DNA of 64,000 nucleotides from an uncultured delta proteobacterium (GTDB lineage: Bacteria > Myxococcota_A > Polyangia > Fen-1088), in assembly GCA_963767925.1 (NCBI GenBank), contig CAVYGB010000008.1:544001-608000 (forward strand). Reading direction: 5' to 3'. How positions within the stretch are numbered: position 1 is the first letter of the stretch; each line of letters starts with the position of its first letter. The position numbers and the translations under genes were made by a program. The notes under the pieces are model-generated. The model saw nothing but the letters and a program-made list of their open reading frames with translations, was not told the DNA's origin and did no database searches. This document shows positions 1 to 8,988 of the stretch, piece after piece.

Positions 1-1
1 A

Positions 2-91
2 GAGATCGATCCGCGCCTCGAGGTGTACGCCGAGGAGCGCAAGGACCGGAACAAGCTGCGGCGGCTGGCCGTGGTGAGGGAACAATCATGA
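2..91 (+). CDS. 3' end of an upstream CDS (truncated by window edge), translationally coupled to the radical SAM gene
   Basis: Open frame EIDPRLEVYAEERKDRNKLRRLAVVREQS* with GC3-rich codons; its TGA overlaps the ATG at 88 (ATGA). Confidence 0.6.
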   Translation, partial: EIDPRLEVYAEERKDRNKLRRLAVVREQS

Positions 92-1212
92 GCGGACTGA
101 CCGAGCACACACGCCTCATTCTCGATGGCACCAAGATCTCCTGGCACCTCGACCGGGTGCAGGCCTGGGAGCGGGGCGAGCGGATCGCCCCCATCACCAT
201 CGACATGGCCCTCACCCGGGCCTGCAACTACGCCTGCCAGTTCTGCTACGCGATGTTGCAGGAGAACGACCGCCAGGTGATCACCCGGGAGGTCATCTTC
301 CGCTTCCTCGACGACTGCGCCGAGATCGGGGTCAAGGGGGTGAGCTTCGTCTCCGACGGCGAGAGCACCATCTCCCCCGCCTTCGCCGACGCCGTCCGCC
401 ACGGCAGTGAGCTGGGGCTGTCGATGGCGGTGGGGACCAACGGGCTGGCCCTCACCCGGGCCCGGGCCGAGGAGGTGCTGCCCTACCTCACCTACCTGCG
501 CATCAACATCTCCGCCGGGGAGCGCAAGCGCTACGCGGAGATCATGGGGGTCAAGGAGGACTGGTTCGACCGGGTCTGCCAGAACATCCGCGACATGGTC
601 GAGATCAAGCGGACCCGCAAGCTCGACGTCACCATCGGCCTGCAGATGGTGGTGATGCCGAGCTACGGCGATCAGATCCTGCCCCTGGCCCGCCTGGGGG
701 CCGAGCTGCGGCCCGACTACCTCGTGCTCAAGCACTGCTCGGACAACGAGGACGGCGACCTGGGGGTCAAATACGGCGACTACGAGAAGATCTACGACGA
801 GCTGCGCGCCGCCGAGAAGCTCTCGGACGAGAGCTACCAGGTGGTAGTCAAGTGGTCGAAGATCGAGGCCAAAGGTGGCCGCGCAGCTACCAGCGCTGCT
901 ACGGCGCCCCTTTCATGTTGCAGATCTCCGGCTCCGGGCTGGTGGCGCCCTGCGGGATGCTGTTCAACGAGCGCTACAAGAAGTTCCACATCGGCAACAT
1001 CTGCGAGCAGCGCTTCCGGGACATCTGGGCCGGGCGATCGCTACTGGGAGGTGATGAACTACCTGGCCTCGCCGCGCTTCAACGCCCAGATGATGTGCGG
1101 CTCGCTCTGCCTGCAACACAAGGTCAACGAGACCCTGGACGGCTACCAGAAAGGCCTCATCCAGCTCCGCCGCCCGGAAGGACCCCCGCCGCCGCACCTG
1201 AGCTTCATCTGA
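88..1212 (+). CDS. Radical SAM protein with SPASM/Twitch-type C-terminal domain; two compensating frameshifts (~880 and ~1033)
   Basis: CxxxCxxC motif (CNYACQFC). The natural continuation RSYQRCYGAPFMLQISGSGLVAPCGMLFNERYKKFHIGNICEQRFRDIW lies in another frame between ~881 and ~1032, then returns to DRYWEVM...CGSLC. Confidence 0.85.
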   Translation: MSGLTEHTRLILDGTKISWHLDRVQAWERGERIAPITIDMALTRACNYACQFCYAMLQENDRQVITREVIFRFLDDCAEIGVKGVSFVSDGESTISPAFADAVRHGSELGLSMAVGTNGLALTRARAEEVLPYLTYLRINISAGERKRYAEIMGVKEDWFDRVCQNIRDMVEIKRTRKLDVTIGLQMVVMPSYGDQILPLARLGAELRPDYLVLKHCSDNEDGDLGVKYGDYEKIYDELRAAEKLSDESYQVVVKWSKIEAKGGRAATSAATAPLSCCRSPAPGWWRPAGCCSTSATRSSTSATSASSASGTSGPGDRYWEVMNYLASPRFNAQMMCGSLCLQHKVNETLDGYQKGLIQLRRPEGPPPPHLSFI

Positions 1213-1233
1213 TCTCGGAGGTGAAGAGGGGGG

Positions 1234-2370
1234 TCAGCGCGCGGCGATCACCGCGGCGATCACCTCGGCCTGCTCCGCCTCTCCCAGGCCGACCGAGCAG
1301 GGGAGGCTGAGCGCGCGCGCGAACAGGCGCTCCGAGACCGCCCCGCCCAGGCGGGGCGCGCCGGCGTAAGGGCGCTGCAGGTGCAGGGGCGTCCAGAGCG
1401 GGCGCGAGTCGATCCCCCGCCCCCGCAGCGCCTCGTGCAGCGCCTGCCGGCCGCCGCCCGCCTCGACGGTGACCGTGTACAGCCAGTGCGAGCTGTCGGC
1501 CCACGGCGTGCGCGGCGGCGGCGCGACCCCAACTGCCCCGGAGAAGGCGGCGTCGTAGCGGGCAGCGATGGCCCGCTTGGCCGCCAGGAAGGCGTCGAGC
1601 TGCTCGAGCTGGGACAACCCCAGCGCGGCTGCCACGTTGGTCAGGCGGTAGTTGTAGCCGACCTCGTCGTGGTGGTACTCGAGCTGGGGCAGGCGGGCCT
1701 GGGTGCTGAGGTGGCGGGCCCGGCGGGCCAGCCCCTCGTCGTCGGTGGCCAACATGCCGCCGCCGCCCGCGGTGATGATCTTGTTGCCGTTGAAGGAGTA
1801 GCAGCCGACCGGGCCCACCGTGCCGACCTGCTTGCCCTCGAACCGCCCGGCGCGGTAGCGCGCGCCGAGCGCCTCGGCCGCGTCCTCGATCAGGAAGACG
1901 CCGTGCCGCTGGCAGACCCCGGCCAGCTCGTCGAGGCGAGCGGGCTGGCCCAGCACGTGGACCGCGATGACCGCCTTCGGCTGGCGCAGCCCGGCCCGGG
2001 CCCGCCGCTCCAGCTCGGCCGCCACCAGGGCGGGGTCGAGGTTCCAGCTCTCGGCCTCCGAGTCGACCAGGACCGGGGTGGCGCCCTGGTAGAGGATCGG
2101 GTTGGCCGAGGCGATGAAGGTCAAGGTCGAGACGAAGGCCTCGTCCCCCGGCCCCAGGTCGGCCAGCCGGCAGGCCAGGTGCAGCGCCGCGGTCCCGCTG
2201 GCGCAGGCCACCGCGAACCGGCTGCCCACCTGGCGGGCGAAGGCCTCCTCGAATCGCCGCACGAAGGGGCCCACCGAGGAGACGAACCCGCTGGTCAGGC
2301 ACTCGTCGAGGTAGCGCCGGGCGTTGCCCCCCAGGCTGGGCTCGAGCAGGGGGACGCGCAGCTCAGACAT
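1234..2370 (-). CDS. legC: DegT/DnrJ/EryC1/StrS PLP-dependent sugar aminotransferase, LegC-like
   Basis: SGTAALH, IEDAAEALG, SFNGNKIITAGGGG and GYNYRLTN motifs; lies in a Leg-type cluster. Confidence 0.85.
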   Translation of the reverse strand: MSELRVPLLEPSLGGNARRYLDECLTSGFVSSVGPFVRRFEEAFARQVGSRFAVACASGTAALHLACRLADLGPGDEAFVSTLTFIASANPILYQGATPVLVDSEAESWNLDPALVAAELERRARAGLRQPKAVIAVHVLGQPARLDELAGVCQRHGVFLIEDAAEALGARYRAGRFEGKQVGTVGPVGCYSFNGNKIITAGGGGMLATDDEGLARRARHLSTQARLPQLEYHHDEVGYNYRLTNVAAALGLSQLEQLDAFLAAKRAIAARYDAAFSGAVGVAPPPRTPWADSSHWLYTVTVEAGGGRQALHEALRGRGIDSRPLWTPLHLQRPYAGAPRLGGAVSERLFARALSLPCSVGLGEAEQAEVIAAVIAAR

Positions 2371-3391
2371 GGAGCGGGCCGCTGCGGTAGCGATCGAGGT
2401 TGGCGCGCAGCCAGTCGGCCGTCCGCCGCACCCCCTCCTCGAGGTCGACCTCCGCCGTCCAGCCCAGCCGGGTCCGGGCCCGGGCCGGGTCGGACAGGAG
2501 CAGCTCCACCTCGCTGCGGTCGGGCCGCACCCGCCGCGGGTCGAGCCGGGCCTGGGCCTCCACCCCGAGGACGCGGCAGCAGGTGGCGAGCAGCTCGCCC
2601 ACCGAGACCGCCTGGCCGGTGCCGAGCTGGACCGTCTCGCCTTCGAGGTCGGGGGCCAGCGCCGCCTTCACGAAGCCGTCGACGGTGTCGGAGACGAAGG
2701 TCAGGTCGCGGCGCGGATCCAGCCGTCCGAGCTCGATCTCGCGCTGCCCCTGCAGGAGCTGGGTGATGATGGTGGGCAACACCGCCCGGGTCGACTGCCG
2801 GGGCCCGTAGGTGTTGAAGGGGCGCAGCACCAGCGCGGGGGTGCCGAAGCTGCGCTGGAACGACAGCACGAGCTGGTCGGCGGCGACCTTCGAGGCGGCG
2901 TAGGGGGACTGGGCGTTGAGGGGGTGGCTCTCGCGGATGGGGGCGCTCTCGGGGGTGCCGTACACCTCGCTTGTCGAGGTGTGGATGAGGCGGCGGCAGC
3001 CGGCCCGGCGGACCGCCTCGAGCAGGTTCAGCGTGCCGACCACGTTTGTCTCGATGTAAGACGCCGGGGCGACGTAGGAGTAGGGGATGGAGATGAGGGC
3101 GGCCAGGTGGAACACCACCTCCACCTCCTGGCAGACCCCGTCGACGAAGCGCCCGTCGCGGATGTCGCCCAGCCGCACGTCGAGGCGCGCGCGCACCTCG
3201 GCCGGCACGGTGTCGAGCCAGCCCCAGGAGCCCTGCGAGGTGTAGAGGGCCAGGGCCCGGACCTGGGCCCCCTCGGCGACGAGGCGCTCGACAAGGTGGC
3301 TGCCGATGAAGCCGTCGGCCCCGGTGACGAGGACCCGCCGCCCGCGCAGCCCCTCGCCGGTGAAATTCCCCGGGGGGCTCACGGCTCCCAC
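2363..3391 (-). CDS. legB: NAD-dependent NDP-GlcNAc 4,6-dehydratase, LegB-like
   Basis: VTGADGFIGSHL Rossmann motif, HLAALISIPYSY, TSTSEVYG, YAASK, RPFNTYGPRQS. True start may be slightly downstream. Confidence 0.85.
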   Translation of the reverse strand: MGAVSPPGNFTGEGLRGRRVLVTGADGFIGSHLVERLVAEGAQVRALALYTSQGSWGWLDTVPAEVRARLDVRLGDIRDGRFVDGVCQEVEVVFHLAALISIPYSYVAPASYIETNVVGTLNLLEAVRRAGCRRLIHTSTSEVYGTPESAPIRESHPLNAQSPYAASKVAADQLVLSFQRSFGTPALVLRPFNTYGPRQSTRAVLPTIITQLLQGQREIELGRLDPRRDLTFVSDTVDGFVKAALAPDLEGETVQLGTGQAVSVGELLATCCRVLGVEAQARLDPRRVRPDRSEVELLLSDPARARTRLGWTAEVDLEEGVRRTADWLRANLDRYRSGPLHV

Positions 3392-4419
3392 CCCTGGGCC
3401 CGGGCCAGCTCGGCGCGCTGACCCACGTCGATCCAGTCCTCCTCGAAGGGGTAGGCCCGCACCAGCTCACCCCGGGCGGCGGCGTCGGCAAACAGGATCG
3501 GCAGGCCGAAGTCCTCGTCGGGCGGGATGCGATCCAGCAGGGCCGGCTCGATGGCGTAGATGCCTGTGTTGATCGAGCGGATGAGCTGGGGCTTCTCCTC
3601 GCAGTGCACGATTGTGTCGCCCTGGACCCGCACGCAGCCGAAGGGGATCGTGTGCACGTAGCGGCGCACCCCCATGGTGCCGAGCTGGCCGCCGCGCTCG
3701 TGGAACTCGAGCAGGGCCCCCAGGTTGGCCTGGGTGACCAGGTCGCCGTTCATGACCAGCAGCGACTCGCGCGGGCGCTCGGGCAGCAGGCGCAGCGCCC
3801 CGCCGGTGCCCAGGGGGCGGGCCTCGCGCAGGTATTCGATGTTGCAGCCGAGCTTGTTCCCGTCGCCGAAGTGCTCCTCGATGACGTGCCCCAGGTAGTT
3901 GATGGCGATGAAGATCCGCCGGATGCCGAAGCTCATGAGGTGCAGCACCGTCCGCTCGAGGATGGGCCGCCCCGCCACGGTGAGCATCGGCTTGGGCAGC
4001 CGCTCGGTCAGCGGCAGCAGGCGGGTGCCGCGGCCGCCCGCCATGATCACCGCCGCGTTGGGCCGCTCGGCCGTGCCGATCAAATCGTGCAGCAGGTGCA
4101 GCCCCATGAGGCGCCCGCCCTCGTCGACGACCGGGATCTGTCCGACGGTGCGGGCCTGCATCAGCTCGAGCACCTCGGCCCGCGAGACCTCCGAGGAGAC
4201 GCTGAAGAAGGGGCGGCCCAGGTGGGGGGCCAGGGGGGACTGCAGGGTCAGCCCCCGCAGCAGCAGGCGGCGCACGTCGCCGTCGGTGAAGACGCCGCGC
4301 AGCCGCTCCTCGGGATCGACGACCAGGGCGATCTCGGCCCCGCCCCGCTCGAGGGCCCACATGACGTCGATCAGGCGCTTGTCGTCGCGCACCTTGGCGG
4401 CGTCGAAGCGGGTCAACAT
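3379..4419 (-). CDS. CBS-domain nucleotidyltransferase (PtmE-like sugar-1-phosphate guanylyltransferase)
   Basis: N-terminal CBS pair (TDGDVRR), then MAGGRGTRLLPLT..PKPML, LGTGGAL, VMNGDL, WIDVG; ATG at 4419. Confidence 0.85.
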   Translation of the reverse strand: MLTRFDAAKVRDDKRLIDVMWALERGGAEIALVVDPEERLRGVFTDGDVRRLLLRGLTLQSPLAPHLGRPFFSVSSEVSRAEVLELMQARTVGQIPVVDEGGRLMGLHLLHDLIGTAERPNAAVIMAGGRGTRLLPLTERLPKPMLTVAGRPILERTVLHLMSFGIRRIFIAINYLGHVIEEHFGDGNKLGCNIEYLREARPLGTGGALRLLPERPRESLLVMNGDLVTQANLGALLEFHERGGQLGTMGVRRYVHTIPFGCVRVQGDTIVHCEEKPQLIRSINTGIYAIEPALLDRIPPDEDFGLPILFADAAARGELVRAYPFEEDWIDVGQRAELARAQGWEP

Positions 4420-5072
4420 GGCGCCCCCGCGACCGCCCGGGCCGGCACCCCCAGCATGGTGGCGCCCGCGGGGGCGTCGCCGACCAGCACCGCGCCCATG
4501 CCCACCACCGCCGCCCGTCCCACCTGCACGTGGTCGCGCACCCGGCAGCCGAGCCCCAGGAAGGCCCCCGGGCCGATGTGGGCCCCTCCGCCCAGCACCG
4601 CGCCCGGACCCACCTGGACCAGCTCCTCGAGGACGACGTCGTGCTCGACGATGGCCCCGCAGCCAACCAGGACGTGGGCCTCGAGGCGGGCGCCGGCGTT
4701 GATCAGCGCGGCCGCGTAGACCATCGCCCCGGGCGCCAGGGTGGCCGAGGGCGAGACCCGCGCGTCGGCGTGGACCAGGGTGGCGAAGCGGGCCCCCGCC
4801 GAGGTGTAGCGGGCGACAAGCTCGCCCCGCCGGGGTCCGGGGCGGGTGCCCCCGACCGCAAGCACGAAGCGCACCCCCGGGTCGCGGGCCAGGCGCTCGG
4901 CGTCGCTGTCGGTGCCCAGCCAGGGCGTGTCCAGCCGGCGCTCGCCGGCCGGATCGCGCTCGGGCGCCAGGTAGCCGCGCAGCGACCACTGCTCCGGGCG
5001 GGAGCGGGCCGCCTCGGCGACAACCCGGGCGTTTTCACCGCCCCCAATCAGCACGAGCGGCAGGGCGCTCAC
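4413..5072 (-). CDS. NeuD/PglD/LegH-family sugar acetyltransferase (left-handed beta-helix)
   Basis: IGGGENARVV N-terminus, hexapeptide repeats, IVEHD motif, GVPAR C-terminus. Confidence 0.85.
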   Translation of the reverse strand: MSALPLVLIGGGENARVVAEAARSRPEQWSLRGYLAPERDPAGERRLDTPWLGTDSDAERLARDPGVRFVLAVGGTRPGPRRGELVARYTSAGARFATLVHADARVSPSATLAPGAMVYAAALINAGARLEAHVLVGCGAIVEHDVVLEELVQVGPGAVLGGGAHIGPGAFLGLGCRVRDHVQVGRAAVVGMGAVLVGDAPAGATMLGVPARAVAGAPC

Positions 5073-6232
5073 GCCGCGCCTCCTCCGAGGGGAGCCACCT
5101 CGCTCGAGGCCAGCCGGGGGGCAGCCTTGCGCGGGGGCCGGGGTGGATTCCAGGCTCGCAGGACGTCGAGCACCCGCTGCGAGGCGGAGGGCAGGGCGGC
5201 GGGGGCGGGGCGGACCGAGGCGCGCGCGGCGAGGGCGGCGCGCAGGGCGGCGGCGATGGCCGGCGCCTCGGCGGGCACGTCGCTCACGCTGGCCGCGCGC
5301 TCGCGCCCGGCCTGCCGCTCGCCGACGTTGATGGTGGGGACCCCGGCCACCGGCGCCTCGAGCAGGCCGGCCGAGCTGTTGCCGAGGACGGCGTCGGCCA
5401 GCCGCATGAGGCCCCAGAAGCGGCGGGCCCCCAGCGCGGGGACGACGACCCGCCCGGGGCGGCCGAGGGCCCGGGCCACCTCTGCCTCCACCCGCTCGTG
5501 GCCGGGATCGGTGTTCGCGCCGGTGATGACGTAGGTGGCGGGCACCAGGTCCATGGCGGCGAAGGTGGCGGCGGCGTCGGCCGCGGGATCGGCGGCCAGG
5601 GTGGTGGGGTGGACGGTCACCACCACCACCGGCGGGGTCAGCGGGAGGCCGAGGGTGGCCTCCAGCTCGGCCCGGTTGGCCACGTCGCCCCGGTGCAGGT
5701 TGTCGGTCCCCGGCGCGCCCACCACGTGCACGGTGGCCGGATCTTCCCCCATGGCGATGACCCGGGCGCGGTAGATGGGGTGGCTGACCAGGTGCAGGTG
5801 GGCCAGCTTGGTGATCGCGTGGCGGCAGGCGTTGTCGATGGCGCCCGCGGTCTCCTCGCCGCCGTGCAGGTGCACGACGGGGACCGTGGCGATGGTGGCG
5901 GCCAGCGCGGCGGCCAGGGTCTCGTAGCGGTCGCCCACCAGGAGCAGCGCCTGCAGGTGCTGCCGGTCGAGGGCCTCGCCGATGGCGGCCAGGGCCCCGG
6001 CCGCTTGCCGGTGCGCCGACTCGGGCTCCTCTTCCGACAGCCAGCGCAGCCGCTCGGCCGGGATGAAGCCGTCGGCCTCGACCAGCGCCACCGTGCCGCC
6101 GAAGCGCAGCGACAGGTGCATGCCTCCCGCCAGCAGCACCAGCTCGAAGTCCGGGTCGGCCGCCAGCAACTGGCAGAGGTTGCGCAGGATGTCCCAGTCC
6201 TGCCGCCCGGTTGTGAGCACGCCCAGGCGCAT
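5069..6232 (-). CDS. neuC: Hydrolysing NDP-GlcNAc 2-epimerase (NeuC/LegG)
   Basis: TTGRQDW, GMHLS, GDRYE, HLHGGE, RHAITKLAHLH, GNSSAG, NVGERQ.GR motifs; ATG at 6232. Confidence 0.9.
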   Translation of the reverse strand: MRLGVLTTGRQDWDILRNLCQLLAADPDFELVLLAGGMHLSLRFGGTVALVEADGFIPAERLRWLSEEEPESAHRQAAGALAAIGEALDRQHLQALLLVGDRYETLAAALAATIATVPVVHLHGGEETAGAIDNACRHAITKLAHLHLVSHPIYRARVIAMGEDPATVHVVGAPGTDNLHRGDVANRAELEATLGLPLTPPVVVVTVHPTTLAADPAADAAATFAAMDLVPATYVITGANTDPGHERVEAEVARALGRPGRVVVPALGARRFWGLMRLADAVLGNSSAGLLEAPVAGVPTINVGERQAGRERAASVSDVPAEAPAIAAALRAALAARASVRPAPAALPSASQRVLDVLRAWNPPRPPRKAAPRLASSEVAPLGGGAA

Positions 6233-6234
6233 GT

Positions 6235-7542
6235 TCAGCGGTCCATCCACACCGCCCGGCGCAGGGCCCAGCGATCCGGTCCCCCCTGCCACAGGTGGGG
6301 CGAGCGAAAGCGGTCGGCGAGCGCGTCGAAGCCGGCCCGGTCGAGGGTGGGGCGGGCGAACTCCCGGGACACCGCCCCGAAGTCCTTCTCCCCGATGCTG
6401 AGGTAGCGGAAGATCTCGTCAGCGAAGCGGGCCGGCCACTCTCCGTCGAAGCGCTTGACCAGGGAGACTGCCTCGTCGCGGGTGATGTCGCCCGAGCGGA
6501 CCTCCTGGGCGGCGTCGTAGGTGGCCCGGCCGATGCCGAACTTGATGTACGTCGTGTAATAGTGGAAGTCGTCGATGCGGTCGTCGATGGAGTTGTACTT
6601 GCTGTAGGTCCCCGGCGTGCGCTCGGGCGCGGCCTCGAAGCCGCCGTTCTCCACCGCGTAGTAGTAACAGGACTGGGGGTGCCACTTCAGGTAGTGGCCG
6701 AGGTAGTGGACCTCCAGCTGGAGGGCGAGGGCGGGGGCGGGATCGGCCGGCAGGTAGGGGGTCAGGTCGACCAGCGGGAGCTGGTAGCGCGCGCGCAGCT
6801 CGGCCACGCTGACCCCGGCCAGGAACACCTTGTTGGGGTCGGCCTCCGCGAAGTATTTCTGATCGCGCAGGGCGCTCCCGGTGTCGGCGATGGGGTTGCC
6901 GTACTCCGCCTCGTTCTCCCCGTAGAACACCAGGGGGATGCCGAACTGGACCGCCATCTTGGGGGCCAGGTTCTTCTGGCCGAGGATGAACGGCTGGAAG
7001 GGGTGAAACAGGTTCTCCACCGCCAGGCGGGTGAGCAGCCGGTGGGTCCGGCCGTTGGGGGTCATGAGGTAGTTGTCGAAGCCGGCGTGGATCCAGGCCT
7101 GGTGGTTGCGCCAGCCCCACTCGGTGTAGACGTGGGGCGCCCAGGTCACGGTCAGCGGATGCATGCCGTATTCGTATTTGAGCTTGTAGGCCGCGAAGAA
7201 GCTGTCCTTGCCGCCCGAGCCGGGGACCAGGCAGTCGTAGTGGCCGTCGTCGCGCCGGAAGCGGTCGCACAGCGCGCGCAGGTCCCGCTCGCGGGCGGCC
7301 CAGTCGATGCTCCCCTGCTTGCGCTCGGCGAACCGGCAGGCGTCGCACACCCCCTCGGCGTCGAAGCCGATGGTGGCCTTCTTGCTGTCCTTCGTGTGCT
7401 TGAACTCGACCGCCGAGTTGGGGCGCTGGTTGGAGATCACGCAGCGCCGGCAGAACTTCACCTCGGAGGGCAGGCCGTAAAAAGCCTCCAGTCTTTCATC
7501 CGGTTTCGCTTCCGGTCTGTCTTCCGATCTCTTTTCGGTCAT
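6235..7542 (-). CDS. N-acetyl sugar amidotransferase (WbuX/PseA/PtmG family)
   Basis: N-terminal CxxC...CxxC, PP-loop SGGKDS, YGENEAEYG, KFGIGRAT motifs; next to HisH/HisF-like genes. Confidence 0.85.
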   Translation of the reverse strand: MTEKRSEDRPEAKPDERLEAFYGLPSEVKFCRRCVISNQRPNSAVEFKHTKDSKKATIGFDAEGVCDACRFAERKQGSIDWAARERDLRALCDRFRRDDGHYDCLVPGSGGKDSFFAAYKLKYEYGMHPLTVTWAPHVYTEWGWRNHQAWIHAGFDNYLMTPNGRTHRLLTRLAVENLFHPFQPFILGQKNLAPKMAVQFGIPLVFYGENEAEYGNPIADTGSALRDQKYFAEADPNKVFLAGVSVAELRARYQLPLVDLTPYLPADPAPALALQLEVHYLGHYLKWHPQSCYYYAVENGGFEAAPERTPGTYSKYNSIDDRIDDFHYYTTYIKFGIGRATYDAAQEVRSGDITRDEAVSLVKRFDGEWPARFADEIFRYLSIGEKDFGAVSREFARPTLDRAGFDALADRFRSPHLWQGGPDRWALRRAVWMDR

Positions 7543-7573
7543 GCGCGCGCCTCCTCCATGTCTCCTCCTGCCC

Positions 7574-8200
7574 TCACCAGCCCAGGAACGACTCCAGCAG
7601 CCGCAGGCCGGCCGGCCCGCTCCGCTCGGGGTGAAATTGACAGCCCAGCAGCCGGCCCCGTCGCACGGCGGCCACCAGGTCCTGTCCGCCGTAGCGGGCG
7701 GTGGCCAGCACGTCGCCCGGGTTGGCGGCCACCGCGGCGTAGGAATGAACGAAGTAGAGGGCCGTCCCCGGGGCCAGGGGGGCCAGGGGCGTGCCGGCGA
7801 AGGCGGCGCCCGCGGGCGGCGCGATCCGGCTCCAGCCGACGTGGGGGATCTTGAGGGGCGGCCGAGGGTCGATGCGGGCCACCGTCCCCTCGAACACCCC
7901 CAGCCCGGCGTGGTGCCCGAACTCCTGCGAGCGGGAGAACAGGAGCTGCATGCCCAGGCAGATGCCGAGGAAGGGGCGCTCGCTGCGCAGGTACGCCTCC
8001 AGGGCGGGCTGCAGCTCGCGCGCGCGCAGCGCCCGCATGCCGTCGCCGAAGGCGCCCACCCCGGGCAACACCAGCCGCTCGGCCGCGGCGATCTCGTCGG
8101 GGCGGGCGGAGACGACCACCTCGGCGCCGAGCGACCCCAGCGCGTTGGCCACGCTGCGGAGGTTGCCCAGCCCGTAGTCGACCAGCACCACCCGGCTCAC
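7574..8200 (-). CDS. hisH: HisH-like glutamine amidotransferase subunit (WbuY-type, glycan-associated paralog)
   Basis: VDYGLGNLRSV, LPGVGAF, GICLGMQLL, YFVHSY, QFHPE; GTG at 8200 overlaps the stop of the hisF-like gene. Confidence 0.85.
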   Translation of the reverse strand: MSRVVLVDYGLGNLRSVANALGSLGAEVVVSARPDEIAAAERLVLPGVGAFGDGMRALRARELQPALEAYLRSERPFLGICLGMQLLFSRSQEFGHHAGLGVFEGTVARIDPRPPLKIPHVGWSRIAPPAGAAFAGTPLAPLAPGTALYFVHSYAAVAANPGDVLATARYGGQDLVAAVRRGRLLGCQFHPERSGPAGLRLLESFLGW

Positions 8201-8988
8201 CTGCGCACCTCGTGGCCGCGCGCCGAGAGCCCGTCCTTGAGGGCGGAGACGGTGAGCTTGCCCTGGTGGAACAGGCTGGCCACCGCCACGCCGTTGACCC
8301 CGGTCCGGAAGGCCTCGTCCACGTGATCGAGGCTGCCCGCCCCGCCCGAGGCCACAACCGGCACCGGGACGGCCGCCGCCACCTGCTCGAGCAGGCCCAG
8401 GTCGAAGCCCCGCCGGGTCCCCTCCCGGTCCACCGAGGTGAGCAGGACCTCGCCGGCGCCGAGGTCGACCGCCTGGCGCACCCACTCCAGCACGTCGCGG
8501 CCGGTGCGCTCGCGGCCGTTGTCGGTGTAGGCCTCCCAGCCGCTGGCCTGCCGCTTGGCCTCCACCGACAGCACCAGGCACTGCGCGCCGAAGACCCGGG
8601 CCGCCTCCGCGATCAGCTCGGGGCGTCGCACGGCGGCGGTGTTGATGGCGACCTTGTCCGCCCCCGCGCGCAGGAGCATCGTGATGTCGTCCAGCGAGCG
8701 CACGCCGCCCCCCACGGTGAAGGGGACGAACAGCTCGGCGGCGGTGCGGGCCACCACGTCGGCGAGGTTGTTGCGGCCGTACAGGCTGGCGACGATGTCG
8801 ATGTAGATGATCTCGTCGATCCCGTCCTGGTAGTAGCGCAGGGCGTGGGCGGCCGGGTCCCCCATGACCCGCAGCCCCTCGAGGTGGATCCCCTTGACCA
8901 GGTTGGGGCCCTTGATGTCGAGGCGGGCGATGACCCGGTCGAGGGGGCGATCGTTGTTGCTGTCGCTCTCGGCGCCGCCGCCGTTCAT
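8197..8988 (-). CDS. hisF: HisF-like cyclase subunit (WbuZ-type, glycan-associated paralog)
   Basis: RVIARLDIKGPNLVKG, VPFTVGGG, GADKVAINTAA, LLTSVDREGT, ASGGAG; ATG at 8988. Confidence 0.85.
   Translation of the reverse strand: MNGGGAESDSNNDRPLDRVIARLDIKGPNLVKGIHLEGLRVMGDPAAHALRYYQDGIDEIIYIDIVASLYGRNNLADVVARTAAELFVPFTVGGGVRSLDDITMLLRAGADKVAINTAAVRRPELIAEAARVFGAQCLVLSVEAKRQASGWEAYTDNGRERTGRDVLEWVRQAVDLGAGEVLLTSVDREGTRRGFDLGLLEQVAAAVPVPVVASGGAGSLDHVDEAFRTGVNGVAVASLFHQGKLTVSALKDGLSARGHEVRR

Noticed and set aside
7574..8988. hisH/hisF as a histidine biosynthesis operon
   Set aside because: No other his genes; they flank an N-acetyl sugar amidotransferase, the known WbuXYZ-type arrangement.
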